Assembly (NCBI GenBank): GCA_951406725.2
Contig: OX597834.1
Coordinates: 17,546,001-17,610,000, forward strand
Reading direction: 5' to 3'
DNA: 64,000 nt
Source of the DNA: Octopus vulgaris
Taxonomy: Eukaryota
This document shows, piece by piece, positions 1-14,650 of the stretch. The position numbers and the translations under genes were made by a program. The notes below the pieces were generated by a model that was given only the letters and a program-made list of their open reading frames with translations, was not told where the DNA came from and searched no databases. Position 1 is the stretch's first letter; each line of letters begins with the position of its first letter.

Positions 1-490
1 TGTACTTTTGCAGTACCCTATTTCAGAACTCACAAACTGTTATCTCAGTTGCCCAAGTAACAGAGACTATCAACTATTTGTATAGAACCTTCCAAACTTT
101 GAAAGTAATTCATTTTACAACTACACCAACTGTTAATTATCCCTGTTCATTTGCCACATATTAAGTCTTTATTCACCGTGAGTCCTGTACATCCCATAGT
201 TCACACCTTGTACACTATATGATGTTTCTTATTACTTCCTTTTATGCATATTGAATCTGACCATTTCTGTGGTGTCAGCCAAATGCTTTTTTATTCCGTT
301 TACTAAAACTTTTGTTTTTCTGCAGTTTATTCTGGGGCCTTTCACTTTTGCATTTAGAATTTTCTTTTGTAAGTTTTTTTTCACAGATTCTGCTGTAAGG
401 ACTAGGTTATCAGCATATACTAGTTCCTATGGAACAGCCAGTTTTAAACTAGCCATTGTGTAACTTGGAGAACTGTAGTAAATGAGGTGT
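1..490 (-). pseudogene. Decayed non-LTR retrotransposon reverse transcriptase fragment (RTE-like)
   Basis: Minus-strand translation ELVYADNLVLTAES...RINCRKTKVLV (YADD motif decayed), with stops. Confidence 0.65.
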
Positions 491-692
491 GTACATATGC
501 ATGTACCTTTGCATGTGTATATATGTATGTATATACATGTGTTTATACACATACATATAAATACGTGTGTATAGGTATGTGTATGTATACACATACATAT
601 AGACACGTGTGTATGTATATCTATGTATATAATATGTGTGTATATATGTACGTATGTTCATGCACAGATTCACACATGGTTGTATGTATATG

Positions 693-956
<264 letters not shown>

Positions 957-1104
957 GAAGTTTTTATATGGGTCCCTTCAAAACTGGAAGGGGTACTCTC
1001 GGGCAGGTTGGTATAGAAATGGTTTATACTGTGGTTAGTTTCTCTACCCATATCCATCTGTCTGTCCGTCCGTCTGTCTGCCTACCGGCCTGCGTGTCTA
1101 TCTA

Positions 1105-1155
<51 letters not shown>

Positions 1156-2354
1156 AGGACCCTCACCCACTTCCTCTAATTTTTGCTTTTTTATCATCAC
1201 ATTTGATAACATAAAAAGACACACAGGCATATTAGACTCACCCAAACTTCAGTTGTGCATATTCAGAAATTTGCAAATACAAGGGCGTCAAAATCGGGTT
1301 CCTGCAGAGGGTCTGTGGAGTAACCTTACTCGACAGAGTGCATTGCTTGGAGATGAGGGAGTTTCGTCAGCTTGAGCCGCTTACTTCTCCAGGTCACAGC
1401 TCCGGTACAATGAATGTGATTAGAATGGTGCAGGAAAAGATCACAAAGATAAATACTTCAAGCCAAGCCAACCAGTTGGAGGCCTGGTTAGTAGACCAAG
1501 AAGGAGATAGTTGGATAATAAGCCATAGTCTCAGTGGGTCATGCTTGGGAATCCAGCTGGAAAATATAATGACAGTGGCGTCTGATAGGACCCTATGAGG
1601 TTTGTGAGGACTCCACTTCCATGACCCTACAAGCAATTGTGGGTGGAGAAAATGGATGGATGGATAAATAGGAAAGGAGTTTTTCGTGCAGTAATGCATC
1701 TAATATTTAAAGCAACTTCACACATAGGGTCCTGAGTTGGGGGGGCTTTTGTTTTCTTTGAGACATTTTGGTGGGGGAATGTGCATCTTGTATGCTGTCA
1801 AACACGGTAATTTCTCTCTGTTCTTTACAGAGCTTTTAGTCAGATAATCATAGGTCTAATTTTTCTTTTGTCATGTACGTGAGTTAAGTTCCACATAAAA
1901 CCACCACGACCACCACCACATTGCTACCATCACTGTGACAGAAGTCACGACTGCAAATTCAGACAAATATGTAAGGCAAACTTTCATTTCTTGAATGTTC
2001 TTGACCATTCGATTAGCCACAATGAAAGAGATCGATACCATGGGTGAGGGTGGTGATAGGGGTGTATTGGGGGGTGGAGGTTGAGGGTGGTGGAAGTTCA
2101 TATTGTCCAGGCAGCAGCTGTTGCTTCTTAAGAACATGTGAACATGACATGGCCAAGTAATGCTGTGTAGGATGACCTTGTCCTTCAGCTGTGCAAGAAT
2201 GTAATTTTTAAACTTTTTTCTTATTTATTTTTCTTTTTATAATCACTTTTATTTTGTATTACATTTTATATATATATATATATGCTTATTTATGTTTTTT
2301 TTTGTTTTGTTTTACATTAATATTTATATTTCGTTTTTTTTTTTGGTCTTCCAG

Positions 2355-2434
2355 ATACTACTGGTGCTATTGTTTTTGATAGCCGAACAAAATCAGTCAT
2401 GACTCAGGTTGGACAAGACAATGTTAAACAAAAG
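2355..2434 (+). CDS. SPATS2: SPATS2/SPATS2L-like, first visible coding exon: (D)[26 protein letters not shown]
   Basis: ttccag acceptor at 2354 and AAG|gtaagt donor. Resembles the vertebrate SPATS2 N-terminus (D..G.IFD....V....ENMKEK). Starts in phase 1, so an upstream ATG exon is needed. Confidence 0.85.
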
Positions 2435-2442
2435 GTAAGTTT

Positions 2443-2549
2443 TATATATATACACATATATATACACATTCTCTGTTGGTATGGGTGTGTGTGTATGTAT
2501 ATATACATACATACATACACACACACATATACATATACATATATACATT

Positions 2550-2597
<48 letters not shown>

Positions 2598-2632
2598 TAT
2601 ACATACATATATATATATATATATATGTACAT

Positions 2633-2681
<49 letters not shown>

Positions 2682-2844
2682 TATACATACATATATATAT
2701 ATATATGTACATATACATACATATATATATATATATATGTACATATACATACATACATATATATATATATATGTACATATACATACATACATATATATAT
2801 ATATATGTACATATACATACATACATATATATATACATGTATAT

Positions 2845-2888
<44 letters not shown>

Positions 2889-3116
2889 CTTTATTGCCCA
2901 CAAGGGGCTAAACATAGAGAGGACAAACAAGGACAGATAAAGGGATTAAGTCGATTACATCGACCCCAGTGCGAAACTGGTACTTTTATTTATCGACCCC
3001 GAAAGGATGAAAGGCAAAGTCGACCTCAGCGAAATTTGAACTCAGAACGTAACGACAGACGAAATACTGCTAGGCATTCCGCCCGGTGCGCTAACGTGTC
3101 TGCCAGCTCGCCGCCT

Positions 3117-3161
<45 letters not shown>

Positions 3162-3240
3162 CATATACATACATATATATATATGTATGTACATATACAT
3201 ACATATATATATGTATGTACATATACATACATATATATAT

Positions 3241-3301
<61 letters not shown>

Positions 3302-3464
3302 TATACATACATATATATATATGTACATATACATACATATATATATATGTACATATACATACATATATATATATGTACATATACATACATATATATATAT
3401 GTACATATACATACATATATATATATGTACATATATATATATATATATATGTATGTACATATAC

Positions 3465-3495
<31 letters not shown>

Positions 3496-3630
3496 CATAT
3501 ATATATATATGTACATATACATACATATATATGTACATATACATACACATAAATATATATGTATGTACATATACATATATATATATATATACACACACAC
3601 AAGCACACATGTATATACATGCATATTACA

Positions 3631-3668
<38 letters not shown>
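2443..3668. repeat. Compound (TA)n/GTACATATACATAC microsatellite array split by a SINE
   Basis: Directly visible; SINE-B lies at 2885-3118. Confidence 0.95.
2885..3118 (-). mobile_element. SINE family B (head AAGGCGGCGAGCTGGCAGAAACGTTAGC; about 235 bp)
   Basis: Near-identical copies at 11258-11490(-), 15028-15260(+), 37946-38177(+), 40473-40705(-), 48711-48935(+), 49568-49796(-), 50811-51039(+), 51736-51955(+), 56462-56693(+). B-box-like GAGTTCAAATTCC. Confidence 0.9.
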
Positions 3669-3670
<2 letters not shown>

Positions 3671-4049
3671 TATCAGTATTCTGTTCAGTGATACTATTTC
3701 AGAGATCTGTTGACAGATTTTAATAATTTTCTTAAACATTGTTTGTTTGATAAATTAAAAAAAGGTTGATATTTGTTGACTGTTTTGATTTGGTAACAAA
3801 GTCGAAAGTACATCATCCTCCAACTCACTAGATTCTTCAAGAACCACCTGAAACTTCATATCAGCTTGCGGAATGAAGCAACGGTGATTTTGTTCTCTCT
3901 TCCGCAACTTTTTGAGTTGATTTGCAATCAAATTGACAATGGAAAGCTTTCTCAACCTCGCCATGCAGCTGCTACTCTCAGTAGTGGCAGGCCAGCTTAC
4001 GCTATCTATTTGTATCTATTGCCATTCATTCATCCATCCGTCCCTCAAT

Positions 4050-4369
4050 CCATTCATTCATTCATTCACTCATTCATTCATTCATTCATTCATACATACA
4101 TAAATACATACATGCATGCATGCATACATACATACATGCATGCATACATACATACATGCATGCATACATACATACACATAAATACATGCATACACACATA
4201 CATACATACATACATACATAAATACATACATGCATACATACATAAATACATACATACATGCATACATACATACACAAATACACATAAATACATACATACA
4301 TGCATACATACATACATACACATACATACATACATACACATAAATACATACATACATGCATACATAAAT

Positions 4370-4400
<31 letters not shown>

Positions 4401-4467
4401 TACATACATAAATACATACATACACACACACACATACATACACACACACACACATACATATATACAT
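4050..4467. repeat. (CATT)n/(CATA)n/(CA)n compound microsatellite
   Basis: Directly visible. Confidence 0.97.
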
Positions 4468-4652
4468 AGGTGATAAACAACCTTGCTACCCTGTTGGTGA
4501 CCAGTCAAAATTTACTCTAAAACTAAAAAGAGAAAGAGAACACACACACGTACACATGCACGCACGCATGCACACACACACACACACGCAATCAGGCTTG
4601 CAACTGCTTTGAAACCATCAGCTTCCAAACACATATTATAAGTTTGCATATA

Positions 4653-4821
4653 GGCGCAGGTGTGGCTGTGTGGTAAGAAGCTTTCTTCCCAACCACACAG
4701 TTCTGGGTTCAATTCCACTATGTGGCACCTTGAGCAAGTGTTTTCTACTATAACCTCAGACTGAACAAAGCCTTGTGAGTGGATTTCCTAGACAGACACT
4801 GAAAGAAGCCTGTTGTGTGTG

Positions 4822-4854
<33 letters not shown>

Positions 4855-5124
4855 GGTAGATGGAAACTGAAAGAAGCCTGTCGTATATATGTATACATAT
4901 ATGTATGTGTGTGTGTTTGTGTGTCTGTCTAGCATTGCTTGACAACTGATGCTGGTGTGTTTACGTCCCCGTCACTTAGCGGTTCGGCAAAAGAGACTGA
5001 TAGAATAAGTACTGGGCTTACAAAGAATAAGTCCCGGGGTCGATTTGCTCGACTAAAGGCGGTGCTCCAGCATGGCCACAGTCAAATGGCTGAAACAAGT
5101 AAAAGAGTAAAATAGAGTAAAGAG
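4653..5124 (+). mobile_element. SINE family A (tRNA-like head, internal TA/TG microsatellite, AAAGAGT tail)
   Basis: A-box TGGCTGTGTGGT, B-box GGTTCAATTCC. Other copies at 11871-12268(-), 13975-14568, 31484-31880, 34541-34955, 41278-41680, 47331-47734 and many fragments. Confidence 0.9.
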
Positions 5125-5844
5125 TATGTGTGTTTGTAGGCAAGGTAGGCAGTACCTACCTTCAATAAACTAGGTGTATAGCAACATTTTGCTCTCATGG
5201 CAAAATATGCACCTAATTCAATAAAATTATGAAGGTTACTCTGATTACTATGCATAAAATACAAAATATTTTATTTTATTTGTCAATTAGGTAGGCATAG
5301 TTCATCCCTGCCTTTCAATCTCAGTATTTAAGCTACACGTAGCACTGCTGTGGTACACATGCTGCGTACACTTCTACAACACCATTTTCCTTATGTTCTA
5401 TAAAGGCAGAGTAAATCTGCCTTCAACTTAGTTGTGCACCTGTGTTTTGCTTATTTTTTTGTGTGTTTTACTACACAAAGGTCACCAGCTGCCTGCCCTG
5501 AGTAATTACTGATGGTGCACGCCTGATGTATATATACATATGCATACACATACATGCATACATACTTACACACATACATACATATACACATATACACAAA
5601 TACATACACACCCACACATAGATACATATACATATATGCATATATGCATACATGCATACACACACATACATATACCCATACTCAGGCATGACTGTGGTTA
5701 GTACTTTTGCTTTAAATTTCAAACTTCTCGTCCGTGGAGATTAGCTTAAGACTGAAAGATAACAACTTCAGCCCATTTGGTCTCAGTCAACTTTGTTACT
5801 TGCTCCTTGTTTAATAGCATACATCTTTTTGTGCATGTATATAT

Positions 5845-6345
5845 ATCATCATCATCGTTTAAACGTCTGCTTTCCATGCTGACATGGGTTGGACAGTTCG
5901 ACTGGGTTCTGGGAAGCCAGGAGGCTGCACCAGGCTCCAATCTGATCTGGCAGTGTTTCTACAGCTGGATGCCCTTCCTAATGCCAGCCACTCTGAGAGT
6001 GTAGTGGGTGCTTTTTATGTGCCACTGGCACAGGAGCCAGTCAAGGGACTCTGGCATTGACCATTTTCGGAAGGTGCTTTTTATATGCCACTGGCACAGG
6101 AGCCAGTCAAGGCGGTGCTGGCATCGGCCACTTTTGCATGGTGCTCTTTACGTGCCACCAGCACAGGAGCCAGTCGGGGCAAGGAGGCTGGCATCAACCA
6201 TTTTTGGATGGTGCTTTTTACATGCCACTGGCATGGGAAACCAGTCAGGTGGTGCTGGCATCAGCTACAACTACAATTTCCATTTGATTGTGGTTTGATT
6301 TGATTTTGATGTTGATGTTGACTCAATAAGTTTCCTCAAGCATAT
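5845..6345 (-). mobile_element. SINE/LINE 3' module D with (GAT)n tail and internal tandem subrepeats
   Basis: Shares TTAGGAAGGGCATCCAGCTGTAGAAA...GACGTTAAACGATGAT with copies at 6650-6795, 14131-14300, 35505-35880, 40010-40285, 43570-44205, 44898-45052, 45737-45907. Confidence 0.85.
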
Positions 6346-6593
6346 ATATATCTATATATATATATATATGTAGTAGCTAAAGGAGTACTGCTTAGTGAAT
6401 AATTACCACTTCTAGTTAGGAAACATATGCAACCTCAATTCTATCTACTCCCTTTCCTAAATTTGGATTTCTATTTGGATACAGAGCAATTCCAGTTGCT
6501 AGCCATGAACTATGAAATATCTTTTTTCAACCTACTGAGAGTTTTTTTTAATACCTTCTACAGACCACTTGAAGCTTACTTTGGAATTATATT

Positions 6594-6642
<49 letters not shown>

Positions 6643-7676
6643 ACTCTGCTGGGTGGTTGGTGTTAGGAAGGTCATCCAGCTGTAAAAACCATGCAAAAAC
6701 AGACACAGGAGTCTGGTGCAAGCTCCTGCCTGGCCAGCTCTTGTCAGAACATCGAACCCATGCCAGCATGGAAGGTGGATGTTAAATGATGATGATATAT
6801 CTGGTATACTCATTTGAAGCCTAACAATAGTGTGTATACATTATGATACATAGATGGCTATATATATGTGTATGTGTGGGTGTATTTTTGTGTCTTTGAA
6901 TGTCCTCCACCACTGCTTGGCAACCAAAGTTGGTGTGTTTACACCCCTATAATTTAGCGGTTTGGCAAAAGAGCCCAAAAGAAAGTTCTGGTGTTGATTT
7001 GTTCAACTAAAACCCTTCAAGGCAGTGCCCCAGCATGGCCACAGTCAAAATAACTGAAACAAGTAAAAGATAAAGACACAGTGTAAAGACCATATGCTTC
7101 TTGGGCCCTGATTCTATCCCCCCAAGTAATACAAAGGCTACAACTAAACCAGCATCACCACAAGTTGCATACGAACCACACCCCATGGCCTATGCCCCCA
7201 CTGGAGATGAAATATTGGAAATGATAAGAGCAGCCGACCATTCAAGGGGACGGTTTGTTGCTACAGCATGCACCAATCCACACTGTCTCCACCAATCCAC
7301 CACGTGATGAATAGCCCCCGCACACATCCACAACATCCCCAGGAGTATTATCCCTCCCACCCAGTTCAGACAAACACAGACATGAAGATAGCAACGCCAA
7401 TAATAATCTCCTTTGTGTGAAATATTAAGCAGTAATGTATACTAGCAATTAATATGTACATCTGAGGAACAGCTGTTGTACTTCGGCCAAGTCCACCGCT
7501 GCTTTTTCCTCTCCCCTGCAGTGGTCACCATTTTAATTTATAAGCAATGGAAACAAAAAAGCAACATGCTGCACTGCAGTCCTATGGCAAATCACTGCAC
7601 TTGGGATTCCACAGAATGGGTTCTTGACTAAGTGGGTGGAAGGGGACATTGTATGTTTGATGCTGGATCTGCAGAT

Positions 7677-7763
7677 GGCACTCGGTCTAATAGGACTGGC
7701 ACTTGGTCTAATAGGACTGGCACTCGGTCTAATAGGACTGGCACTTGGTCTAATAGGACTGGC
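7677..7763. repeat. 21-bp minisatellite GGCACTYGGTCTAATAGGACT x4
   Basis: Four units alternating C/T, giving a 42-bp higher-order unit. Confidence 0.95.
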
Positions 7764-9372
7764 CATGGCTTCTCAGCAACCATGGTGGTTTGGGTTTTTT
7801 GGATGTGCTAGCATGGCTGTATGGTTAAGAAGCTTGCTTTGTTATAATGTGGTTTTTGAGTAGGTTCAATCCCACTGCACAGCATCTTGGGCAAATGTCT
7901 TCTACTATAGCTCTGGGCTGGCCAATGAGTGAATTTGATAGACGGAAACTGTAGAAGCTTGTTATATATATATGGGTTGGATGGTTTGACCAGGGCTGGC
8001 AAGCTGGAAGGCCGCACCAGACTCCAGTCTGATTTGGCATGTTTTCTATGGTTGGATGCCCTTCCTAATGCCAACCACTCCGAGAGTGTAATGGGTTCTT
8101 TTACGTGCCACTGACACGACACCAGTATCTGCCATGGCTGTGGTTTTACTTGGCTTGATGGGTCTTCTCCTCAAGCACGGCAGAATGCCATGGTCTCAGT
8201 CATATGTCATTACCTTTGTGAGGCTCTGAATTTGGATTGGATTACTTATGTTCAGTTCACTGTTGGACAAAGGCCTCAGCATGTTCTCGCCACCAACTGC
8301 AGTCTGATGTAAAGGCTATGAATTTGAACTTGAGACCATACTGGTTTGATGAGCCTACTCTGCCATACTGGCTTGACATGGCTTGGCAGAGGGGTGCAGT
8401 TTTTATACTCTTACCCAGGTGTAGTTAAATCAATTACATCAATTCCAGTGCTCAACTGGTACTTATTTTATCAACCCTGAAAGGATGAAAAGCAAAGTTG
8501 ACCTCAGCAGAATTTGAACTTAGAATGTAAGGACATATGTAATACTGCTAAGCATTTCACTCGGCATGCTAACAATTCTTCCAGCTTGCATATGTATGTA
8601 TGCATGTGTGTGTGTTTGCCCCCTCTCCCATCACAATTTGACAACCATTGTTGGTTTATTTACATCCCCATTGCAGTTCAGCTATAGAGGCTGACAGAAG
8701 ACGTACCTGGCTTAGAAAGTAAGCACTGGGTTATCTTTGGTCAACTGAAACCCCTTCAAGTTGGTGCTCCAACATGGCCATAGTCCAATGACTGAAACAT
8801 ACTAAAAGAAAAGACATCGCTTCATAAATGTTATGAAGAGCAGCTGCAACACCCTGTTGTGTGGCCCTGGCCACTCTTCCCTCCTGTCTCTTAGGAGGCA
8901 CAAGCACTTACACATGACAGGAATTTCCGCCTACGAAATTCAATCACAATGCTTTGGTTGGCCCAAGGCTATAGCAGATGCCACTTACCCAAGGTGCCAC
9001 ACAGTAGGCCTGAACCTAAAACCATGTGGCTGGGAAGAGGGAATAAACCTACTGGTAGTCAACTGGATAAACCAATGAAGGAGCCTCTGTGTGATTGGTC
9101 AACCTACTCCTACTGGAAATAGCCAAGTCTTGTTGGGATCTCTGATATACAAAGATGTGGGTTAGTCATGGCTGGAATGCTTTTGATTGTTGGACTGTTT
9201 TATTTGGTTGTCCTGAGGCTATAATGGTAGACTCTTGAGTTTGAGTAAGACAGTTGTACTATTTCTTGCTGAACAATCTGCACAGATGACTTGTTTTATG
9301 GGGATCAAATGTATGTGTTGTACATTGGCTCACATCCTCCATCAAACTGACAAGTGACACTTTATGTGTGTG

Positions 9373-9407
<35 letters not shown>

Positions 9408-10230
9408 TACTTGTTTCCCCCAATCACCACCACTTGATAACCGGTGTTAGTGTGTTTATGTCCCCATAACATAGCAGTTTGGCAAAAGAGCCTGATAGAA
9501 TAAGTACTAGGCTTTAAAAAAAAAAAAAAGGAAGCCCTGTGGTCAATTTCTTCAGCTAAAACTCTTCAAGGCAATGCCCCAGCATGACCACAGTCAAAAT
9601 GACTGAAACAAGTGCAGGAAAAGTGATTGCAGAGCAATGTGAAATGAAGTGTTTTGCTCAAGAACACAACACATCATCCGGTTGGGGAATCGAACCCTTG
9701 ATCTCACAGTTATGAGTACAACACCCTTACTTGTAAGCCATGTGCCCTCATAAGGCTACACAGTGACCTATTCCCAGAGTAAACCTACTGGACTTGTGGA
9801 AGTTGGGTATCTTGCCTAGATTTTGGATATGCATTTTGAATCTTGGTAGAATGTAGCTGTTGTTGATTGTGTGCGTATGTGTAGTAGAAGACTGTGGCCA
9901 CACTTAGGTGTAACAGAAGATTGCTGTAATTGCATGCTTGTTAAATATGCTAACATATTGACAATAAAAATTTACTGTTAGAATAGGTGTATGTATGTTA
10001 CGGCTATAATTATTTGAGTCTAGCAGCTGTTGTCGTGAAAAGGTTAATTTTTTGACAAGATTTATTAAGTGGAGTAGTTGTTGATAAACTCCTAGTCAAG
10101 CCTAATTCAAGCAGACCTACCGTGAGATGCACTCCAACTTTGATTGTCCCAGCTTTTATTTAGACACAGTCTATCTTAGGATTATATTAGTCAATGTGTC
10201 TTCATATGTAGTTAATATCAACATCATCAT

Positions 10231-10907
10231 TGAACCTTTTAGCCTTCAGATTTCTTTGTCAAATGTAATATGTAATGCTTATTTATTCACATAGAAACAC
10301 TGCCAGATCAGAGTGGGCCTGGTGCAGCGTCCTGGCTTCCCAAACCCCAGTCGAACCGTCCAACCCATGCTAGCATGGAAAGCAGATGTTAAACGATGAT
10401 GATGATGATGATGATGTTTCGAATTAATCATGCATTATCTTGTAGCTTTGAGATTTCAATGATGATTTTTAGAGTAATATTTTTGGGTAGATGTGAGAGG
10501 CCAGGTGGAGGCGCAATGGCCCAGTGGTTAGGGCTGCGGACTCGCAGTCGGAGGATCGCGATTTCGATTCCCTGACCAGTCGTTGTGTGTTTATTGAGCG
10601 AAAACACAGAAAGCTTCATGAGGCTCCAGCAGGGTGTGGTGGCGATCCCCGCTGTACTCTTTCGCCCCAACTTTCTCTCACTCTTTCTTCCTGTTTCTTG
10701 AGTAATGCTGCGATGGACTGGCATCCTGTCCAGCTGGGAGGAACACATACACCCTAGAAACCCGGAAACCGGGCCCATGAGCCTGGCTAGGCTTGAAAAG
10801 GATGCAAAAAAAAAAAAAGAAAGTGAGAGGCCAGACCTGGCTAGCTTGAAGATAAAACAGGTAGATCATTTTGACTGGATATGGCTAGTTTAAATGCTAA
10901 AGGGTTA
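10231..10907 (+). mobile_element. piggyBac-type MITE (family pB1) carrying two nested retroposon insertions
   Basis: pB1 body interrupted by a module-D fragment (about 10294-10417) and by SINE-C (10505-10822; TSD GTGAGAGGCCAG). Confidence 0.8.
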
Positions 10908-11870
10908 TTGTCCCCTTTTCTATGCTTCCAGGCAAATTTTCTATGGCTGGGTGCCCTTTCTGCAAGCCAACTTTTATGTTTCCACACAAGGTAATATTTC
11001 CCATGACCAGATATGTTTTTCATGGAAGACCAGAAATGAACAACTTCACTTATATGTTGGTGATGCTTGTTGACAACCACTGGGTGCAGGTGTGACTGTG
11101 TGTAAGAAATTTGCTTCCCAACCTCATGGTTCTAGGTTCAATCCCACTGTGTGACACTTTGAGCAAGTATCTTCTGCTATTACCCCAGACTGACCAAAAC
11201 CTTGTGGGTGTATTTGGTTGACAGAAACTGAAAGAAGCCTGTCTCCTTGTCTTGATATATTTCTTTACTGCCCAGAAGGGGCTAAACATAGAGGGGACAA
11301 ACAAGGACAGACGAAGGGATTGAGTCAATTATATCGACTCCAGTGTGAAACTGGTACTTTATTTATTGACCCTGAAAGGATGAAAGGCAAAGTTGACCTA
11401 TGCGGAACTTGAACTCAGAACGTAACGACAGACGAAATACCACTAAGCATTTCGCCCAGTGTGCTAACGTGTCTGCCAGCTCGCTGCCTTGTTTCCTTGT
11501 CTTGATATCATGTGACTGTTGTAAGCGAGTGCCACTGTAATGCAACTGGTGTCCTTCATTTCCAGTATTGTTAGGGTGGCACAGATGGTAACTCACTGAG
11601 CAGTAATTTTAATGATTAATGACCAAGTTCAAATCCTGTCAGTCAGCTTCAACATTGCATCTGATCCCATTGTAGGTCTGCATGAAATCTTTACTTTATT
11701 CAGTTCAATAGTCTACAGCTGCTCCAACACGTTATCTGTGTGGGTGTACATGTGTGTGCGTGTGTGTGTAGGTACAAATTATATTATGCAACACAAATTT
11801 AAAACCAAAGCAATGGGTGGGCAGAGACAACAACAAGAACAAGACTTTTTGTTTAGTATTGGATTGGATT

Positions 11871-12268
11871 ACTCTTACTCTTTACTCTTTTACTTGTTTC
11901 AGTCATTTGACTGCGGCCATGCTGGAGCACCGCCTTTAGTTAAGCAAATCGACCCAGGACTTATTCTTTGTAAGCCTAGTACTTATTCTATCGGTCTCTT
12001 TTCCCGAACCGCTAAGTTACGGGGTCGTAAACACACCAGCATCGGTTGTCAAGCGATGTTGCGGGGACAAACACAGACATGCAAACATATACACACAAAC
12101 ATATATATATATACATATATACGACGGGCTTCTTTCAGTTTCCGTCTACCAAATCCACTCACAAGGCTTTGGTCGACCCGAGGCTATAGTAGAAGGCACG
12201 CAGTGGGACTGAACCCGGAACCATGTGACTCGTAAGCAAGCAACTTACCACACAGCCACTCCTACGCC
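11871..12268 (-). mobile_element. SINE family A, near full length, antisense
   Basis: Reverse complement of 47331-47734 with a small deletion. Confidence 0.9.
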
Positions 12269-12575
12269 CATGTTCTGTCCATTGCAGGATGAAAACCTCA
12301 GCATGTTCTCTTCACCAACCACTGTCTGATGTGGTGGCCATGAATTTATTCTTGAGATCATAATGGTTTGATGAGCCTACTCAGAATACGAGTCTGATCT
12401 CAACCTCTTTTTTTAGTTGCGTTTTATGACACGCAGAGGAAACATAAGGCCTTTTCTTTAACATGCCGGTCCCCACACAGCAAGGACTCCCCCAAACATG
12501 CCCATAGGTTGGAGGGGTGTCGCCTGAGTGGTGCAAAGTTGTTACTGTACATGCTCCCCATACTACTACTACTAC

Positions 12576-12957
12576 TGGAGGCGCAATGGCCCAGTGGTTA
12601 GGGCAGTGGACTTGCGGTCGTAGGATCGCGGTTTCGATTCCCAGACCGGGCGTTGTGAGTGTTTATTGAGCGAAAACACCTAAAGCTCCATGAGGCTCCG
12701 GCAGGGATGGTGGTGATCCCTGCTGTACTCTTTCACCACAACTTTCTCTCACTCTTACTTCCTGTTTCTGTTGTACCTGTATTTCAAAGGGCCGGCCTTG
12801 TCACTCTCTGTGTCACGCTGAATGTTCCCGAGAACTACATTAAGGGTACACGTGTCTGTGGAGTGCTCAGACACTTACACGCTAATTTCACGAGCAGGCT
12901 GTTCCATTGATCAGATCAACCGGAACCCTCGTCGTCGTAACCGATGGAGTGCTCCCC
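12576..12957 (+). mobile_element. SINE family C (tRNA-derived head TGGAGGCGCAATGGCCCAGTGGTTAGG)
   Basis: A and B boxes, A-rich tail. Near-identical copy at 59423-59805 with TSD ATGATGAGAGGT. Confidence 0.9.
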
Positions 12958-13254
12958 CACAAAAAAAAACTACTACTACTACTACCACCACCACCACCAC
13001 CACCACTACTACTACTCACAAAGGAAAAAAGTAAAGTTTATAGATTTAATATTTATTATGTAATAACTATTGAAAGCAGTTAAGATGGAGTTGAGCGATT
13101 AGCACATTGAAAACCTGATTTACTGCAAAGACAGGAGGTGAATGCTATTGTTACTTTGCAGATCTAAGCGTTTAAGATTTGAATATATAAGCTGTTTTTT
13201 AATTGTCTTGGATTTTATGTCGTTAATTCTATTTATTTTCTGTTTTTTTGCCAG

Positions 13255-13363
13255 GTTCAGGCTGTGAAAGAAATCGTCCCAGGGAAAAATGCTAATGAAA
13301 TTATTTTAGTGCTTCAGTATTATGACAACTGTGTTGAAAGAACTATACAAGCTTATATGGAAG
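13255..13363 (+). CDS. SPATS2: SPATS2-like exon 2: VQAVKEIVPGKNANEIILVLQYYDNCVERTIQAYME (CUE/UBA-like N-terminal region)
   Basis: ttgccag acceptor, G|gtgggt donor. Closely resembles SPATS2 INAVRAIVPNKSNNEIILVLQHFDNCVDKTVQAFMEG (recalled). Confidence 0.95.
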
Positions 13364-14650
13364 GTGGGTAATCGCTATGTTTTGAATATTTAATCAGTGT
13401 GTGCAGGTGTGGTTGTGTGTAGGTGCAGGTGTGGCTAGTTGGGTAGGGTGGTGGTGGTGGTGGTTAAGAAACCTGCTTCCCAACCATGTGGTCTTGGGTT
13501 CAATTCCACTGTGCAGTTCCTTGCTTAAGTGTTTTCTACTTTAGCCCTGGGCTGACCAAAGCTGTGTAAAATGGATTTGGTTGATGGAAACTGAAAGAAG
13601 CTTGTCACGTGGTTGTTGCAAAATGAATGTCGTTTATTTCCAATATTGTTCAGGGAGCTGTCTGACCCTGGGAAAATATTAACTTACTTGGAAACAGGTG
13701 AGGGTTGGTGACAGGAAGAGCATCCAGCTTTAGAAAACCTGCCTCAACAAATTCCACTCGACTCATGCAAGCATGGAAAAGTGGATGTGAAGACGATGAG
13801 GATAACACACACACACACACACACACACACATGATATAACTGTGTAGTACAGAGACCAAAGTTTGATCATGTTGCATGGCACTTTGGCAAGGTGTCTTCT
13901 ACTTTAGACTTAGGCACAGACTATTATTGCCTTCTGAGTGAAATTTGGAAGCTGGAAACCAGTTTCTTTGCTGTGGTGGCTGTGTGGTAAGTAGCTTGCT
14001 TATGAACCACATGGTTCCGGGTTCAGTCCCACTGTGTGGCACCTTGGGCAAGTGTCTTCTACTATAGCCTCGGGCCGACCGAAGCCTTGTGAGTAGATTT
14101 GGTAGACGGAAACTGAAAGAAGTCTGTCGTATCATCATCATCATCATTTAGCGTCCGCTTTCTATGTTAGCATGGGTTGGACGGGTTAACTGGGGTCTGT
14201 GGAGCTGGAAGGCTTCGTCAGGCCCAGTCAGATCTGGCAGTGTTTCTACGGCTGGATGCCCTTCCTAACGCCAACCACTCCGTGAGTGTAGTGGGTGTTT
14301 TTACACTCACGGAGTGGTTGGCGTTATATATGTATAAATATATCTATGTATGTGTGTGTATATGTTTGTGTGTCTGTGTTTGTCCCCCCCAACATCACTT
14401 GACAACCGATGCTGGTGTGTTTACGTTCCCGTAATGTAGTGGTTTGGCAAAAGAGACCGATAGAATAAGTACTGGGCTTACAAAGAATAAGTCCTGGGGT
14501 CGATTTGCTTGACTAAAGGCGGTGTTCCAGCATGGCCACAGTCAAATGACTGAAACAAGTAATAGAGTATTTATCATAATAAAGTGCCAATTGATTAAAT
14601 GTAATTTTTTTTATTTATTTACTAGTAAGTGGTTAAACTCTTTCACCTTT

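Noticed and set aside
1200-2200. Candidate location of the ATG-bearing first SPATS2 exon
   Set aside because: No short ATG exon with a phase-1 donor could be supported; the region looks like decayed repeat sequence
12576-12655. tRNA-like sequences with A and B boxes (also 4653, 10505, 23044, 47331, 59423)
   Set aside because: SINE heads that continue into SINE bodies, with no proper acceptor stem; not tRNA genes
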